A DNA stretch of 63,371 nt, filler included. It is 5 parts of 5 records of this genome, joined end to end, with 100 filler letters (N's around TTAATTAATTAA, not from the genome) between each part and the next. Parts side by side here need not be neighbours in the genome. Positions count along the whole stretch, not along the records: positions 44,181 to 55,074 come from DRR723986_9677; positions 55,175 to 63,371 come from DRR723986_9680; 3 more parts are not named here. One strand, written 5' to 3'. Positions 49,966 through 59,913 of the stretch are shown here, piece by piece. The notes below the pieces were generated by a model. That model searched no databases and was not told the DNA's origin. It saw only the letters and a program-made list of their open reading frames with translations. Position 1 is the first letter of the stretch. Each line of letters starts with the position of its first letter. A program made the position numbers and the translations under genes.

Positions 49966-51069
49966 CTATTCTATGGCCGATTCGCCACTCTTTGCCGGGA
50001 GGCCTGAAGGGCTTAACCAGACCGGCGCTTTTCTGTGCGGCGCAAGGCGCCTGGGGTGTAATCCCAAGCCGTGCTCTTTGCGCCACTGGCGTGGGCTGGT
50101 TCCATACCAGCGTTGAAATGCCCGGGAGAATGAGGCCAGGTCTGAGTAACCGAGAATGCCTGCCAGTTGGGTCAGACTCACGGTCGATTCCTGCAGATAT
50201 CGTTCTGCCAGGTTCTTGCGTGTGGCGTTAAGCAATGTCTGGAACGAGGTCTTTTCCTGGGCCAGGTACCGTTGCAGGGACCGGGGGCTTAGCATCAGGT
50301 AGTCTGCGACAAGCTCGATGCTTGCGTTGCCGGCGGGCAGGCAGGTTCGAATCAGGCGCTGGACATAGTCTGGCAGTTCCCGCACCGAGAGCGCGTCCAT
50401 TTTCTCCAGATGTTCCCGCATAAGCGCATGCAACCCCGGGTCAGAGTCACTCAGGGGCAGGCTGAGCAAAGACGCATCGAACACCCAGCCGTTGCTGATA
50501 CTGTTAAATTGCGGTGTCACGCCGAGCAGGCGGGCATAGGTTTTGGTGGAGCTTCCTGCTCCGTGTCTGAAATGCACTCCGGCCGGCTTCCAGGCAGGCC
50601 CCATGAGCATCCTCATCAGTGATAACCCGACGCCGATGGCCAATTCCACGATCTGTCGGCTCGGTGTGCTCTCCTGTAGCGCCGGTTCGTAACAGAGGAA
50701 GGCCATTCCTTCCTGAACCGAAGTGGTCACCTCGGCAGCACTGGAATGCAAGTGGTAGTACCGGGTGAGCTCGCTGAGCGAGTCCCCTACGGTATTGGCG
50801 TTCTTGAACAGGTATAGAAGCCTGCCAAAGACTGCGGTGCCCTGAAAAATGCCGTATTCAAGACCAAACAGGGGATGTCCGGAGGCCCTGGCGCAGTTTT
50901 CAAGGAGCTGTGTAAAGCGCGTGTAGGCGATGAGGCTGTCTGGTTGCTGCAGAGTGTCCTCGGTCAGACCGGCGCTGGCGAGCATGTCCCGGTAGTCGAG
51001 GGTATGTTTACGACAGAACTCGTCGAGCCGGGCCAATGACGAGGCGCGGGAAAGGTCAGTCAGGGGCAT
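49966..51069 (-). CDS. AraC family transcriptional regulator
   Basis: Arabinose_bd_2-like N-terminus. HTH region LSPRSLQRYL..LGYSDLASFSRAFQRWYGTSP. Confidence 0.93.
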   Translation of the reverse strand: MPLTDLSRASSLARLDEFCRKHTLDYRDMLASAGLTEDTLQQPDSLIAYTRFTQLLENCARASGHPLFGLEYGIFQGTAVFGRLLYLFKNANTVGDSLSELTRYYHLHSSAAEVTTSVQEGMAFLCYEPALQESTPSRQIVELAIGVGLSLMRMLMGPAWKPAGVHFRHGAGSSTKTYARLLGVTPQFNSISNGWVFDASLLSLPLSDSDPGLHALMREHLEKMDALSVRELPDYVQRLIRTCLPAGNASIELVADYLMLSPRSLQRYLAQEKTSFQTLLNATRKNLAERYLQESTVSLTQLAGILGYSDLASFSRAFQRWYGTSPRQWRKEHGLGLHPRRLAPHRKAPVWLSPSGLPAKSGESAIE

Positions 51070-51117
51070 GGCGGCATCTTGTTGTTCCGTGGGCGGTGAG
51101 AGGGAGTCTTCCTGATA

Positions 51118-51153
51118 TGGCGCAAATTATCAAATTTTTGGCGCGTATTATCA
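51118..51153 (+). promoter_or_regulatory. Tandem direct repeat TGGCGCnnATTATCA, candidate AraC-type sites
   Basis: TGGCGCAAATTATCA (51118) and TGGCGCGTATTATCA (51139), 21-bp period, between the divergent araC and ligase genes. Confidence 0.7.
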
Positions 51154-51240
51154 GGTTTGTATCAAGTCGGTGCGCGAGGATTTGGAAGGGTCTTCCCGGA
51201 CCCATGGCATAACAACTTATAAAACCCAACAGGAATAAAC

Positions 51241-52866
51241 ATGAAACCCTGGCTTGATTCTTACCCCAGCGATGTTCCCCATACCGTTGACGTGGATGCC
51301 TATGATTCGGTTCTCGGCCTGTTCAGGGATGCGATAGCCAAGTTCCCCGATCACGTAGCCATTGAGTGTTTTGGCGCATCCCTGACCTTTCGGGAGCTGG
51401 ACGATGAGTCTGATGTCTTGGCCCACGCGCTGCAAAGCCGGTATGGCGTGGCGAAGGGGGATCGGATTGCTGTAATGCTGCCAAACATCTTTGCCTATCC
51501 GATTGCCCTGCTGGCAGTGCTGAAAACCGGTGCCGTGCAGGTAAACGTCAATCCGCTCTATACTCCGAGGGAACTTGAGCACCAGCTTAACGATTCGGGC
51601 GCTGAGACCATTCTTGTCTATTCCGGGTCGGCACCGTCACTGGCTGCCATCCGACACCAGACGTCGATCACGCGGGTCATCACCGTTAATCCCGGGGACG
51701 GCACCGCTCTCTCGATCCCGGGCTCGGACATTCCCGAAGATCTTGGGGATTACACCCCATTGGCGAATCTGCTGGCGGAACACGCTGGCAAGCGACCGCA
51801 AGCCGTACCCCTGGCGGGTGACGATGTGCTGTTTCTTCAGTATACCGGGGGCACCACCGGCCCCTCCAAGGGTGCGACGCTCAGTCACCGTAATCTGATT
51901 GCCAATACCCTGCAGTTCCGCAGCTTTATACCCGCGGCCAATGAACCGGGAGCGGAAGTGGTGGTGCTGGCGCTGCCCATGTACCACATTTTCGGTCTGA
52001 TGATCTTTGTTGCCTACGCGGCCATCGGTTCAAAGGCGATACTGATACCTAATCCCCGGGACATGGACGCCTACCTGGCCGCGATCAAGGACGCCGGATT
52101 CAGTGTTATTGGTGGTGTCAACACCCTGTATGCCGGCATGACCAAGCATCCTTTGTTCAAACAGGTGGACCTGTCTCGCTACAAGGTGGCGTTTGGGGGC
52201 GGCTCGAAGATCTTCCCGAGTACCTCTGAAGCATGGAAAGCTCATACCGGCGCTCACATCGTTGAAGGTTTTGGTTTGTCTGAGACGGCTCCCATTCTGA
52301 CGTTGAACCTGATGGGGCAGGACCGTTTCAGTGGGACTGTGGGATATCCGGTACCTTCGACCGATGTCAAAGTCGTTGATGACAATGAACAGGAGGTGCC
52401 GATAGGGACCCCGGGCGAATTGTGTGCCAGCGGTCCCCAGGTGATGAGAGGTTATTGGAACCGGATCCAGGAGACTGAAGCCGCCTTCACCCGAGATGGC
52501 TACTTCAAGACCGGTGATGTGGCAGTGATGCATCCGGACGGCCAGTTCGAGATTGTTGACCGCAAGAAAGACATGATTCTGGTTTCCGGATTCAATGTGT
52601 ACCCGAACGAAATTGAAGCGGTGGCAGCAGAGTTGCCCGAAGTCGCGGAAGCGGCCTGTATCGGTATACCGGACGAGAAAACCGGGGAGCGGATCCGGCT
52701 GTTTGTGGCGCCCGTTGCCGGTGCCGATGTTGATGAGGAGGCGCTGATCAGTCATTGCCGCCAAAGCCTTGCCAGTTACAAAGTTCCAAAGGAAGTGACA
52801 GTTCTGGAGGAATTGCCCAAATCCAATGTGGGCAAAATCCTGCGTAAAGATCTCCGGAATCTCTAA
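51241..52866 (+). CDS. Long-chain fatty acid--CoA ligase (FadD-like)
   Basis: YTGGTTGPSKG, EGFGLSET, FKTGD, DRKKDMI, KSNVGKILR. Confidence 0.93.
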   Translation: MKPWLDSYPSDVPHTVDVDAYDSVLGLFRDAIAKFPDHVAIECFGASLTFRELDDESDVLAHALQSRYGVAKGDRIAVMLPNIFAYPIALLAVLKTGAVQVNVNPLYTPRELEHQLNDSGAETILVYSGSAPSLAAIRHQTSITRVITVNPGDGTALSIPGSDIPEDLGDYTPLANLLAEHAGKRPQAVPLAGDDVLFLQYTGGTTGPSKGATLSHRNLIANTLQFRSFIPAANEPGAEVVVLALPMYHIFGLMIFVAYAAIGSKAILIPNPRDMDAYLAAIKDAGFSVIGGVNTLYAGMTKHPLFKQVDLSRYKVAFGGGSKIFPSTSEAWKAHTGAHIVEGFGLSETAPILTLNLMGQDRFSGTVGYPVPSTDVKVVDDNEQEVPIGTPGELCASGPQVMRGYWNRIQETEAAFTRDGYFKTGDVAVMHPDGQFEIVDRKKDMILVSGFNVYPNEIEAVAAELPEVAEAACIGIPDEKTGERIRLFVAPVAGADVDEEALISHCRQSLASYKVPKEVTVLEELPKSNVGKILRKDLRNL

Positions 52867-53070
52867 CCCTCACCGCTGCTTGACGCAGACGCGGGCCCTG
52901 CCAAAGGGCCGCGTCTGAGCACCTGCGTGCACGTCCTGCAATCTACTACCAAGGGATGAGTTTTTCGCCCCCTTGGGATCATTCACCAATCCTGGTTTCA
53001 CGACTACATTGAATAGGTAAACGCGAAGGCCGCGTTGGCAAGCGACAAACACAACAATGAGGTCAATGTC

Positions 53071-54591
53071 ATGATCTACGCACAACCAGGAAAGGACGGT
53101 TCCGTTGTTTCTTTCAAATCCCGCTACGAGAACTACATTGGCGGTGAATGGGTAGCACCGGTTAAAGGCCAGTATTTCGAGAACATCACTCCCGTTACCG
53201 GCGAGGCGTTCTGTGAGATCCCGCGCTCGACGGCAGAGGACATTGAGCTTGCCCTGGATGCCGCCCATAAAGCAGCTCCAGCCTGGGGCAAAACCTCCCC
53301 AACCGAACGTTCCAATATTCTGCTCAAAATCGCGGACCGAATTGAAGCCAACCTCGAAAAGCTGGCCGTTGCTGAAACCTGGGATAACGGTAAAGCGGTG
53401 CGCGAGACCCTGAACGCAGACATTCCGTTGGCGGCTGATCATTTCCGCTACTTCGCGGGCTGTATTCGTGCTCAGGAAGGCCATATGGGCGAAATTGACC
53501 ACAACACTGTGGCGTACCATTTCCATGAGCCCCTCGGTGTGGTTGGTCAGATCATTCCCTGGAACTTCCCGCTTCTGATGGCGGCCTGGAAGCTGGGCCC
53601 CTGTCTGGCAGCGGGTAACTGCACGGTGCTCAAACCTGCCGAGCAGACTCCTGCCAGTATTCTGGTTCTGATGGAAATCATCGGCGACCTGTTGCCGCCG
53701 GGTGTACTCAACATCGTTAACGGTTACGGTATTGAGGCCGGTCAGGCGCTCGCCACCAGCAAACGTATCGCCAAGATCGCGTTTACCGGCTCTACCCCGG
53801 TTGGCTCCCACATTCTGAAGTGTGCGGCTGAAAACATCATTCCTTCCACCGTCGAGTTGGGTGGCAAATCGCCGAACATCTACTTCTCCGATGTCATGAA
53901 GGCTGAGCCTGAGTTCATCGACAAGTGTGTTGAAGGTCTGGTGTTGGCGTTCTTCAACCAGGGCGAAGTGTGCACCTGCCCCTCCCGGGCTCTGGTTCAG
54001 GAAGACATGTTTGAGGAATTCATGCAAAAGGTCGTCGAGCGCACCAAGGCGATCAAGCGCGGTAATCCGTTGGACACCGAAGTGCAGGTAGGTGCCCAGG
54101 CCTCGAAAGAACAGTTCGACAAGATTATGTCGTATATGGAAATCGGCAAGCAGGAAGGGGCGGTTGTCCTGACCGGCGGTGACCGTGAACATCTCGACGA
54201 TGAATTCAACAACGGTTTTTACATCCAGCCGACCCTGTTCAAGGGTGACAACAAGATGCGAGTGTTCCAGGAGGAGATCTTTGGACCGGTTGTTGGGGTG
54301 ACCACCTTCAAGACCGAAGAAGAAGCACTGGCTATCGCGAACGACACCGAATTTGGTCTGGGAGCGGGCGTCTGGACCCGTGATACCAATCGGGCTTACC
54401 GCATGGGGCGTGCCATTCAGGCTGGCCGGGTGTGGATGAACTGCTACCACGCCTACCCCGCCCACGCGGCATTTGGCGGTTACAAGCGCTCGGGTGTTGG
54501 TCGTGAGACCCACAAGATGGCGCTTGATCATTATCAGCAAACCAAAAACCTGCTGGTGAGCTACGACACCAACCCGCTGGGATTCTTCTGA
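53071..54591 (+). CDS. exaC: NAD-dependent acetaldehyde dehydrogenase (ExaC/AldB)
   Basis: MIYAQPG start, [40 protein letters not shown]-terminus. Confidence 0.94.
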   Translation: MIYAQPGKDGSVVSFKSRYENYIGGEWVAPVKGQYFENITPVTGEAFCEIPRSTAEDIELALDAAHKAAPAWGKTSPTERSNILLKIADRIEANLEKLAVAETWDNGKAVRETLNADIPLAADHFRYFAGCIRAQEGHMGEIDHNTVAYHFHEPLGVVGQIIPWNFPLLMAAWKLGPCLAAGNCTVLKPAEQTPASILVLMEIIGDLLPPGVLNIVNGYGIEAGQALATSKRIAKIAFTGSTPVGSHILKCAAENIIPSTVELGGKSPNIYFSDVMKAEPEFIDKCVEGLVLAFFNQGEVCTCPSRALVQEDMFEEFMQKVVERTKAIKRGNPLDTEVQVGAQASKEQFDKIMSYMEIGKQEGAVVLTGGDREHLDDEFNNGFYIQPTLFKGDNKMRVFQEEIFGPVVGVTTFKTEEEALAIANDTEFGLGAGVWTRDTNRAYRMGRAIQAGRVWMNCYHAYPAHAAFGGYKRSGVGRETHKMALDHYQQTKNLLVSYDTNPLGFF

Positions 54592-54603
54592 TCCGGGTGC
54601 GTC

Positions 54604-54629
54604 GGGGCTGTCTGCATCGGCCCCTTTTT
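54604..54629 (+). terminator. Intrinsic terminator after exaC
   Basis: GGGGCTG..CGGCCCC followed by TTTTT. Confidence 0.65.
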
Positions 54630-54719
54630 CGTGTGACCGCACAAGGACGGTGCTTTTGTTGAGCCCGGCGTCTGCCGGGTGGCTCCTGCTGGAGCCCGGG
54701 ATGTTTTACCACTCTCCTT

Positions 54720-54743
54720 AGGCCCTTCCCAGGGCCTTTTTTT
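54720..54743 (+). terminator. Second intrinsic terminator
   Basis: AGGCCCT-TCCC-AGGGCCT followed by a T-run. Confidence 0.75.
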
Positions 54744-54754
54744 ATGGCATTTGT

Positions 54755-54813
54755 TTTTTGTAGACGACTGGTCTAAAGTGTTCTCAGGTTTTTGTAGACG
54801 AGCGGTCTAAAGT
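54755..54813. promoter_or_regulatory. Two TAGAC-N5-GTCTA operators (NemR/AcuR-type box)
   Basis: TAGACGACTGGTCTA (54761-54775) and TAGACGAGCGGTCTA (54795-54809), inside a 25-bp direct repeat with 34-bp period just before the TetR gene. Confidence 0.8.
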
Positions 54814-54820
54814 AAGCGTA

Positions 54821-55074
54821 ATGGCAGAATCCAAGACACCCCAACGCAGGCGCGGCAGGCCACCCAAGAGCCAGAACGTCAGCTATCAGGATACCCGGCA
54901 GGCGTTGATTGAATTCGGGCTGGCAGTGCTGACCGAGAAGGGCTATTCCTATACCGGTATCGACGAAATCCTGAGGCTGGCCGGCGTACCCAAGGGGTCG
55001 TTTTATCACTACTTCGACAACAAAGAAGCGTTCGGCCGGGCGCTGATCGAAGCCTACGGTGACTTCTTCGCCCG
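54821..55074 (+). CDS. TetR family regulator, AcuR/NemR-like, 3'-truncated
   Basis: RRGRPPK N-terminus. HTH TEKGYSYTGIDEILRLAGVPKGSFYHYF. Confidence 0.9.
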
Positions 55075-55174
55075 NNNNNNNNNNNNNNNNNNNNNNNNNN
55101 NNNNNNNNNNNNNNNNNNTTAATTAATTAANNNNNNNNNNNNNNNNNNNNNNNNNNNNNNNNNNNNNNNNNNNN
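55075..55174. other. Artificial contig-joining spacer
   Basis: 44 N + TTAATTAATTAA + 44 N. Confidence 0.99.
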
Positions 55175-55843
55175 CAGGCCAACAGGGATTTGCCAGTACT
55201 GGCATTATTGGTTGAGAGGGATTTTATCGAAGGCTACGCCACGCGCTCTGCCGGCCAGGTATCTGCCGTGTATTACGACGTGCCTCTGTTACGACAGGCG
55301 CTCACTGGCAAGGTCATCCTGCCCCAGGCAACCCGTGTGGCCTTGCTTGCCACAACCCAAAGCGTGGAGTTCTATGAACCTCTGATTGACCAACTGGCGC
55401 CCTATGGCCTGGAAGCCAAGGTGTTTATTGCCGACACCGAGGATCAGCTTATTCCGAGCCTGATCCGAGCCCTCAGCTTCGGCGATTTTCTCCTTGCCGG
55501 GCCGGATGATGCCATTTACAACCCTCGAAATATCAAACACATTCTGCTGACAGCCTATCGCAAGAACAAGATCCTTATCGGCCCGAGCCAGGCCTATGTG
55601 AAGGCCGGCGCCCTCGCCTCCAGCTATGCGCCGTTCAATGAGATGGCTGAGCTTGCAACCAGCCACTTGATGGCATATTTCGAAACCGGATCCTTCCCGG
55701 CGCCGACCTATCCGGAAGAATATCGGGTTGAAGTAAACCAGCAGGTTGCGCGATCCCTGAACATCCCGCTGCCAGAACGGGAGTGGATTGCCCAGGCGGT
55801 ACAAAACATGATTAGCGAGAACAACGAGGAGGCAGGCCAATGA
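55175..55843 (+). CDS. ABC-type substrate-binding-like protein, 5'-truncated
   Basis: IYN..NIKHILLTAYR, AYVKAGALAS, VNQQVARSLNI resemble the ABC_sub_bind C-terminus. Overlaps the kinase start. Confidence 0.75.
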   Translation, partial: QANRDLPVLALLVERDFIEGYATRSAGQVSAVYYDVPLLRQALTGKVILPQATRVALLATTQSVEFYEPLIDQLAPYGLEAKVFIADTEDQLIPSLIRALSFGDFLLAGPDDAIYNPRNIKHILLTAYRKNKILIGPSQAYVKAGALASSYAPFNEMAELATSHLMAYFETGSFPAPTYPEEYRVEVNQQVARSLNIPLPEREWIAQAVQNMISENNEEAGQ

Positions 55844-57774
55844 GCAGCACAGCCAACACTCCCGGCATGTCACTCTCGCGGCGTCTTCTCCTGCTTGGCG
55901 CCCTGCCCGCGGTTGTGATTTTTGTGGCATTGATGATTTTCTTTACCTCAGCCCGTCTCGAAGATGCCCGTCTGGATTTGGCCCAAAGCAGTCAGATGCT
56001 TGCAGACAGCCTCGCCCCAGCACTTGAGTATGCCGTGGTCTCCGGTAACTCAACGGCTCTGGAGCAGGTCCTCGGGCAGTCCCTGAAACGCAGCAAAGCA
56101 GACTGGATTCGCGTGACCGACGTCGTTGGCGAAGAGCTCGGTTTTGTCAGCCGAGGTATCGAATCGGAACACACAGCAGACGGAATCTTCGACATCTATG
56201 AGGCCGAGATTCTGCAGGAACCACTGGAGATCGGTTCCGGTGGAGCGGGTGACTGGTTTACCGGCGGCTGGAACTTCAATTCCGGATCGCTTCGGGTCGG
56301 ACTGGTGCAAGTCGGGGTGACCCCCGCCGTTCTGGAAACCCGAAGGCAGGATATTCTCTGGAGCTCCCTGACCGTGGGCTTTGCCTTGCTGGTGTTCAGC
56401 CTGCTGCTGGCAAACCATTTCCTGAACAATATCCTTCAGCCCATGCGACAACTGTCCAGCCGCGTTGGCAAGCTGATTGTCGGTGACTACACCACGCAAA
56501 CGGTCTCCAGCAAGGGCAGTGCCCGGGAAATTGCGGAGATACAGCAACAGTTGAACGAACTCGCAGTTCACCTGGAACAACTTCGGTCGGCCCGGGACCA
56601 GACACTGGCGATTTCTGAAAGTGCCCGGGAGAAAGCGGAACACGCCAGCCAGGCCAAGTCAGAGTTTCTCGCTACCATGAGTCATGAACTTCGGACTCCC
56701 CTGAACGGAGTGCTCGGCATGGTTGACCTGATTCATGAAGAGCCGTTGACCAAGCGCCAGAGCGACTATTTGACCACGGCCCGGCAATCCACGGAAGACC
56801 TGCTGACCGTGATCTCCGATATCCTGGACTACGCCAGAATGGACAATGGCAATCTGGTATTGGACCAACAGGCCTTCGATCTTCAGAGCCTGTTCACCAA
56901 TTGCGTCGCCTCATACCGTCACGCCGCAGAAAAGCAGGGGCTGAGCCTGGATCTCCAATTCCTCGGTGAATGGCCACGGCATCCTGCCGTGCTGGGGGAT
57001 GCGCCGCGAGTGAGACAGATCCTTGCCGGGCTGATCGACAACTCACTGAAGTTCACCAGCGAAGGGTTCGTCGGTATCCGGGTGAACTGGCTTGAGCTTG
57101 AAAACCACTGCGTACTCGTCCAATGCTCGGTTAAGGATTCAGGCTCTGGTATTCCTGCGGAACGACTGCAAAGTGTCTTCAACAGCTTTGAGCAGCTCGA
57201 CACCGGCGATAACCGGGCTCACGGTGGCACAGGGCTCGGGCTGTCGCTGGTCCAGCGCCTGGTCGAATTGATGGGCGGGCATGTGCAGGTGGAGTCCGAC
57301 ATCGGCCAGGGGTCCTCATTCCGGTTCGAGCTGCCATTCGAACTAGCCTATCAAAACCCTCCAACCGATGAGCCACGGGAACAGGTCACCGGTACCGCCC
57401 GGGCCCTCGTGGTCGAGGATAATCTGGTGAACCAGAAAGTAACGGAAGCGCTGTTGCGGAAGTTCGGGTTCCAGACCGAATGCGTGACCAATGGCACCGA
57501 TGCTGTTAGACGGATCAAAAATGACCACGAAGGTTATGATGTCATTCTGATGGACTGCCAGATGCCAGTGATGGATGGCTATGATGCCACCCGCATGATC
57601 CGCGACTGGGAACAGGGAAATGGTCAGAGCGGCGTACCCATTATCGCACTGACCGCAGATGTGTCTGAGGATACTGAGAAAGCCTGCAAAGAAGCAGGTA
57701 TGAACGACTATCTGACCAAGCCCGTGCGCAGGGATACGCTCCGGGAGGTACTCTCTCGCTGGATTCGCGTGTAA
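55840..57774 (+). CDS. Hybrid sensor histidine kinase/response regulator
   Basis: 2 TM + HAMP. KSEFLATMSHELRTPLNG, DNSLKFT, GGTGLGL. REC motifs LVVEDN, LMDCQMP, YLTKP. Confidence 0.95.
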   Translation: MSSTANTPGMSLSRRLLLLGALPAVVIFVALMIFFTSARLEDARLDLAQSSQMLADSLAPALEYAVVSGNSTALEQVLGQSLKRSKADWIRVTDVVGEELGFVSRGIESEHTADGIFDIYEAEILQEPLEIGSGGAGDWFTGGWNFNSGSLRVGLVQVGVTPAVLETRRQDILWSSLTVGFALLVFSLLLANHFLNNILQPMRQLSSRVGKLIVGDYTTQTVSSKGSAREIAEIQQQLNELAVHLEQLRSARDQTLAISESAREKAEHASQAKSEFLATMSHELRTPLNGVLGMVDLIHEEPLTKRQSDYLTTARQSTEDLLTVISDILDYARMDNGNLVLDQQAFDLQSLFTNCVASYRHAAEKQGLSLDLQFLGEWPRHPAVLGDAPRVRQILAGLIDNSLKFTSEGFVGIRVNWLELENHCVLVQCSVKDSGSGIPAERLQSVFNSFEQLDTGDNRAHGGTGLGLSLVQRLVELMGGHVQVESDIGQGSSFRFELPFELAYQNPPTDEPREQVTGTARALVVEDNLVNQKVTEALLRKFGFQTECVTNGTDAVRRIKNDHEGYDVILMDCQMPVMDGYDATRMIRDWEQGNGQSGVPIIALTADVSEDTEKACKEAGMNDYLTKPVRRDTLREVLSRWIRV

Positions 57775-57779
57775 CAACG

Positions 57780-57814
57780 AGCGCCGGAGTTGGCAGGCTT
57801 TGCACTCCGGCGCT
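57780..57814. terminator. Hairpin/terminator between convergent genes
   Basis: AGCGCCGGAGT/ACTCCGGCGCT 11-bp inverted repeat. Confidence 0.7.
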
Positions 57815-57824
57815 TTCCACCCTG

Positions 57825-59186
57825 TCAGGCCACCGGCTCTCGCATGGTGACAAACTCTTCAGCGGATGTCGGGTGAATGCCCATCGTAGCGTCAAACTGG
57901 GCCTTGGTGGCACCGGTTTTAATAGCCACCGCCAGTCCCTGGATGATTTCACCGGCATCAGGCCCAACCATATGGGCGCCCAGAACCTTGTCTGAACTAT
58001 CGTCCACAATCAGCTTCATCAGACAACGCTCATCACGGCCGCTCAGGGTGTACTTCATGGGGCGAAACTCGGAACGGTAAATCCGCAGCGAATGCCCCGC
58101 GTCCCGCGCTTCTTTCTCGGTTAACCCGACCGTTCCGATATTAGGCTGACAGAAGACAGCCGTGGGTATGGCGCTGTAGTCCATATCACCCTGGCCATCA
58201 CCAAACAGCCGCCGGGACAGCACCATGGCCTGCGCCAGCGCAACCGGCGTTAGCTGCGGCGTTCCGATGACATCACCAAGGGCGGAGATGGACGGTACCG
58301 CCGTCTGGAAATGATCGTTCACCTCAACATGACCCGAAGCATTGAGTTCCACTCCCAGATCGGTCAGCCCGAGTCCGTCTACGAGCGCGCGGCGACCTGT
58401 CGCAGCCATAACCAGCCCGGTCTCCATGCTGCTGCCATCGCTCAGATTCACCTGGTAGTGAGCATTCAACTGCTCGACAGATTCAATCGTGACATTGAAC
58501 CGGAGATCCACGCCTTTCTTGCGCATCTCCTGTTCCGTGAACTTGCGGATATCCTCGTCAAACCCTCGCAGGAACAGCTCGCCCCGGTACAGCAGCGTGG
58601 TCTCCACACCAAGACCCGCGAGAATGCCGGCGAACTCGACGGCAATGTAACCACCGCCCCAGACCACGGCGTGGCGAGGTAACTGTGGCAGGTAAAACAT
58701 CTCATTGGAGGTGAGCAGAAATTCCTTGCCGGGAACATCCGGAACCACTGGCCAGCTGCCCGTGGCAACTGTGATGTGCGCTGCCGAAAAAGCTCTATCA
58801 CCAACGATCACCGTGTGAGGGTCGCGGAGACTGGCCGTACCCTCAATGATGGTGACGCCGGCATTCTCGAGCAATCGGCCATAAATGCCATTCAAGCGCT
58901 CTATCTCGGCATTCTTGTTGGCGACCAGCGTTGGCCAGTCAAACGAGACATCGTCTGTTGGCACAGACCAGCCATATCCGTGTGCATCTTCGAGCTCTTC
59001 CCTGACGTGCGCTCCATAGACAAAGAGTTTTTTCGGAACACAACCCACGTTAACGCAGGTTCCTCCCAGGTAACGGGATTCCACCACCGCCACCCGGGCA
59101 CCGCGCTGGGCCGACATGCGGGCGAGCCGGACACCGCCGGAACCGGCCCCGATAACGATCAGATCAAAATCATGGCTCTCAGACAC
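57825..59186 (-). CDS. gor: Glutathione-disulfide reductase
   Basis: [40 protein letters not shown]. Confidence 0.96.
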   Translation of the reverse strand: MSESHDFDLIVIGAGSGGVRLARMSAQRGARVAVVESRYLGGTCVNVGCVPKKLFVYGAHVREELEDAHGYGWSVPTDDVSFDWPTLVANKNAEIERLNGIYGRLLENAGVTIIEGTASLRDPHTVIVGDRAFSAAHITVATGSWPVVPDVPGKEFLLTSNEMFYLPQLPRHAVVWGGGYIAVEFAGILAGLGVETTLLYRGELFLRGFDEDIRKFTEQEMRKKGVDLRFNVTIESVEQLNAHYQVNLSDGSSMETGLVMAATGRRALVDGLGLTDLGVELNASGHVEVNDHFQTAVPSISALGDVIGTPQLTPVALAQAMVLSRRLFGDGQGDMDYSAIPTAVFCQPNIGTVGLTEKEARDAGHSLRIYRSEFRPMKYTLSGRDERCLMKLIVDDSSDKVLGAHMVGPDAGEIIQGLAVAIKTGATKAQFDATMGIHPTSAEEFVTMREPVA

Positions 59187-59203
59187 TGTTTCTCCTGTTT
59201 ACT

Positions 59204-59875
59204 TCAAGATTGCTGTTGCCGGGGCTCACTCGACTGATCTTCGTCTGCGAGCACTTCCCGGAACAACACGTGGTCTTCAAAATCACCAAGCCGGATCTTG
59301 CCCAGGCTTCGGAACCCCTCGGATTCATAAAACGGCAGGTAACGGCTGTTCCCGGTATCGAGCACCAATCCACTGCCCCGGGGGTTTTCCTCACACAGGC
59401 GCTCCACTGCCTGCAGCAACATCCGACCATACCCCTTGTGCTGGTATTTTGGGTTGACTCCCATCAACGGCAACTGATGCGCCTGCCTCTGCGGCAAAAG
59501 GTCGCGAATCCTGCGATGATACTCCAGATACCGGCGCGTAGATGAAAAGCCCGCCGTCAGAACCATACGCACCCGCCAGCCAAGCTGGTCTGCCAGATTC
59601 AGCCTGAGTTCCGGCTCACCCACAAACGCAACAGCAACCAGTGTTTCGTCCACCATCACACCGATGGCATCCTGATTCAGCTCCAGATAAAGGTCGATCA
59701 ATTCCCGGATGGTCGCCCTCACCCTCTGGCTGTAACCGGGTTTCCGGTGATCGAACAGGTACTGGAATGTCGGCTCCTCCCGATAGGCATGAAAAAGCAC
59801 CGACTGGGCCTCGTTTCGTGCCGTCTCGTCCAGGCGTACCAGAACAGCTTCAGCATTATTGTTGTTGTGTGCCAT
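59204..59875 (-). CDS. GNAT family N-acetyltransferase
   Basis: GVNPKYQHKGYGRMLL acetyl-CoA motif, FYESEGF. Confidence 0.9.
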   Translation of the reverse strand: MAHNNNNAEAVLVRLDETARNEAQSVLFHAYREEPTFQYLFDHRKPGYSQRVRATIRELIDLYLELNQDAIGVMVDETLVAVAFVGEPELRLNLADQLGWRVRMVLTAGFSSTRRYLEYHRRIRDLLPQRQAHQLPLMGVNPKYQHKGYGRMLLQAVERLCEENPRGSGLVLDTGNSRYLPFYESEGFRSLGKIRLGDFEDHVLFREVLADEDQSSEPRQQQS

Positions 59876-59913
59876 CGTGTTGCTCCCTCGCTAGTGTGGG
59901 TCACGCTTGCCGG

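Noticed and set aside
52870-54642. 590-aa ORF antisense to exaC, and similar long antisense ORFs over pedE, pedH, rpsB, pyrH and glyQ
   Set aside because: Shadow ORFs caused by codon bias opposite well-supported genes, with no recognisable motifs.
54592-54745. pqqA precursor peptide expected after exaC
   Set aside because: No small ORF with the E-x-x-x-Y motif was found.
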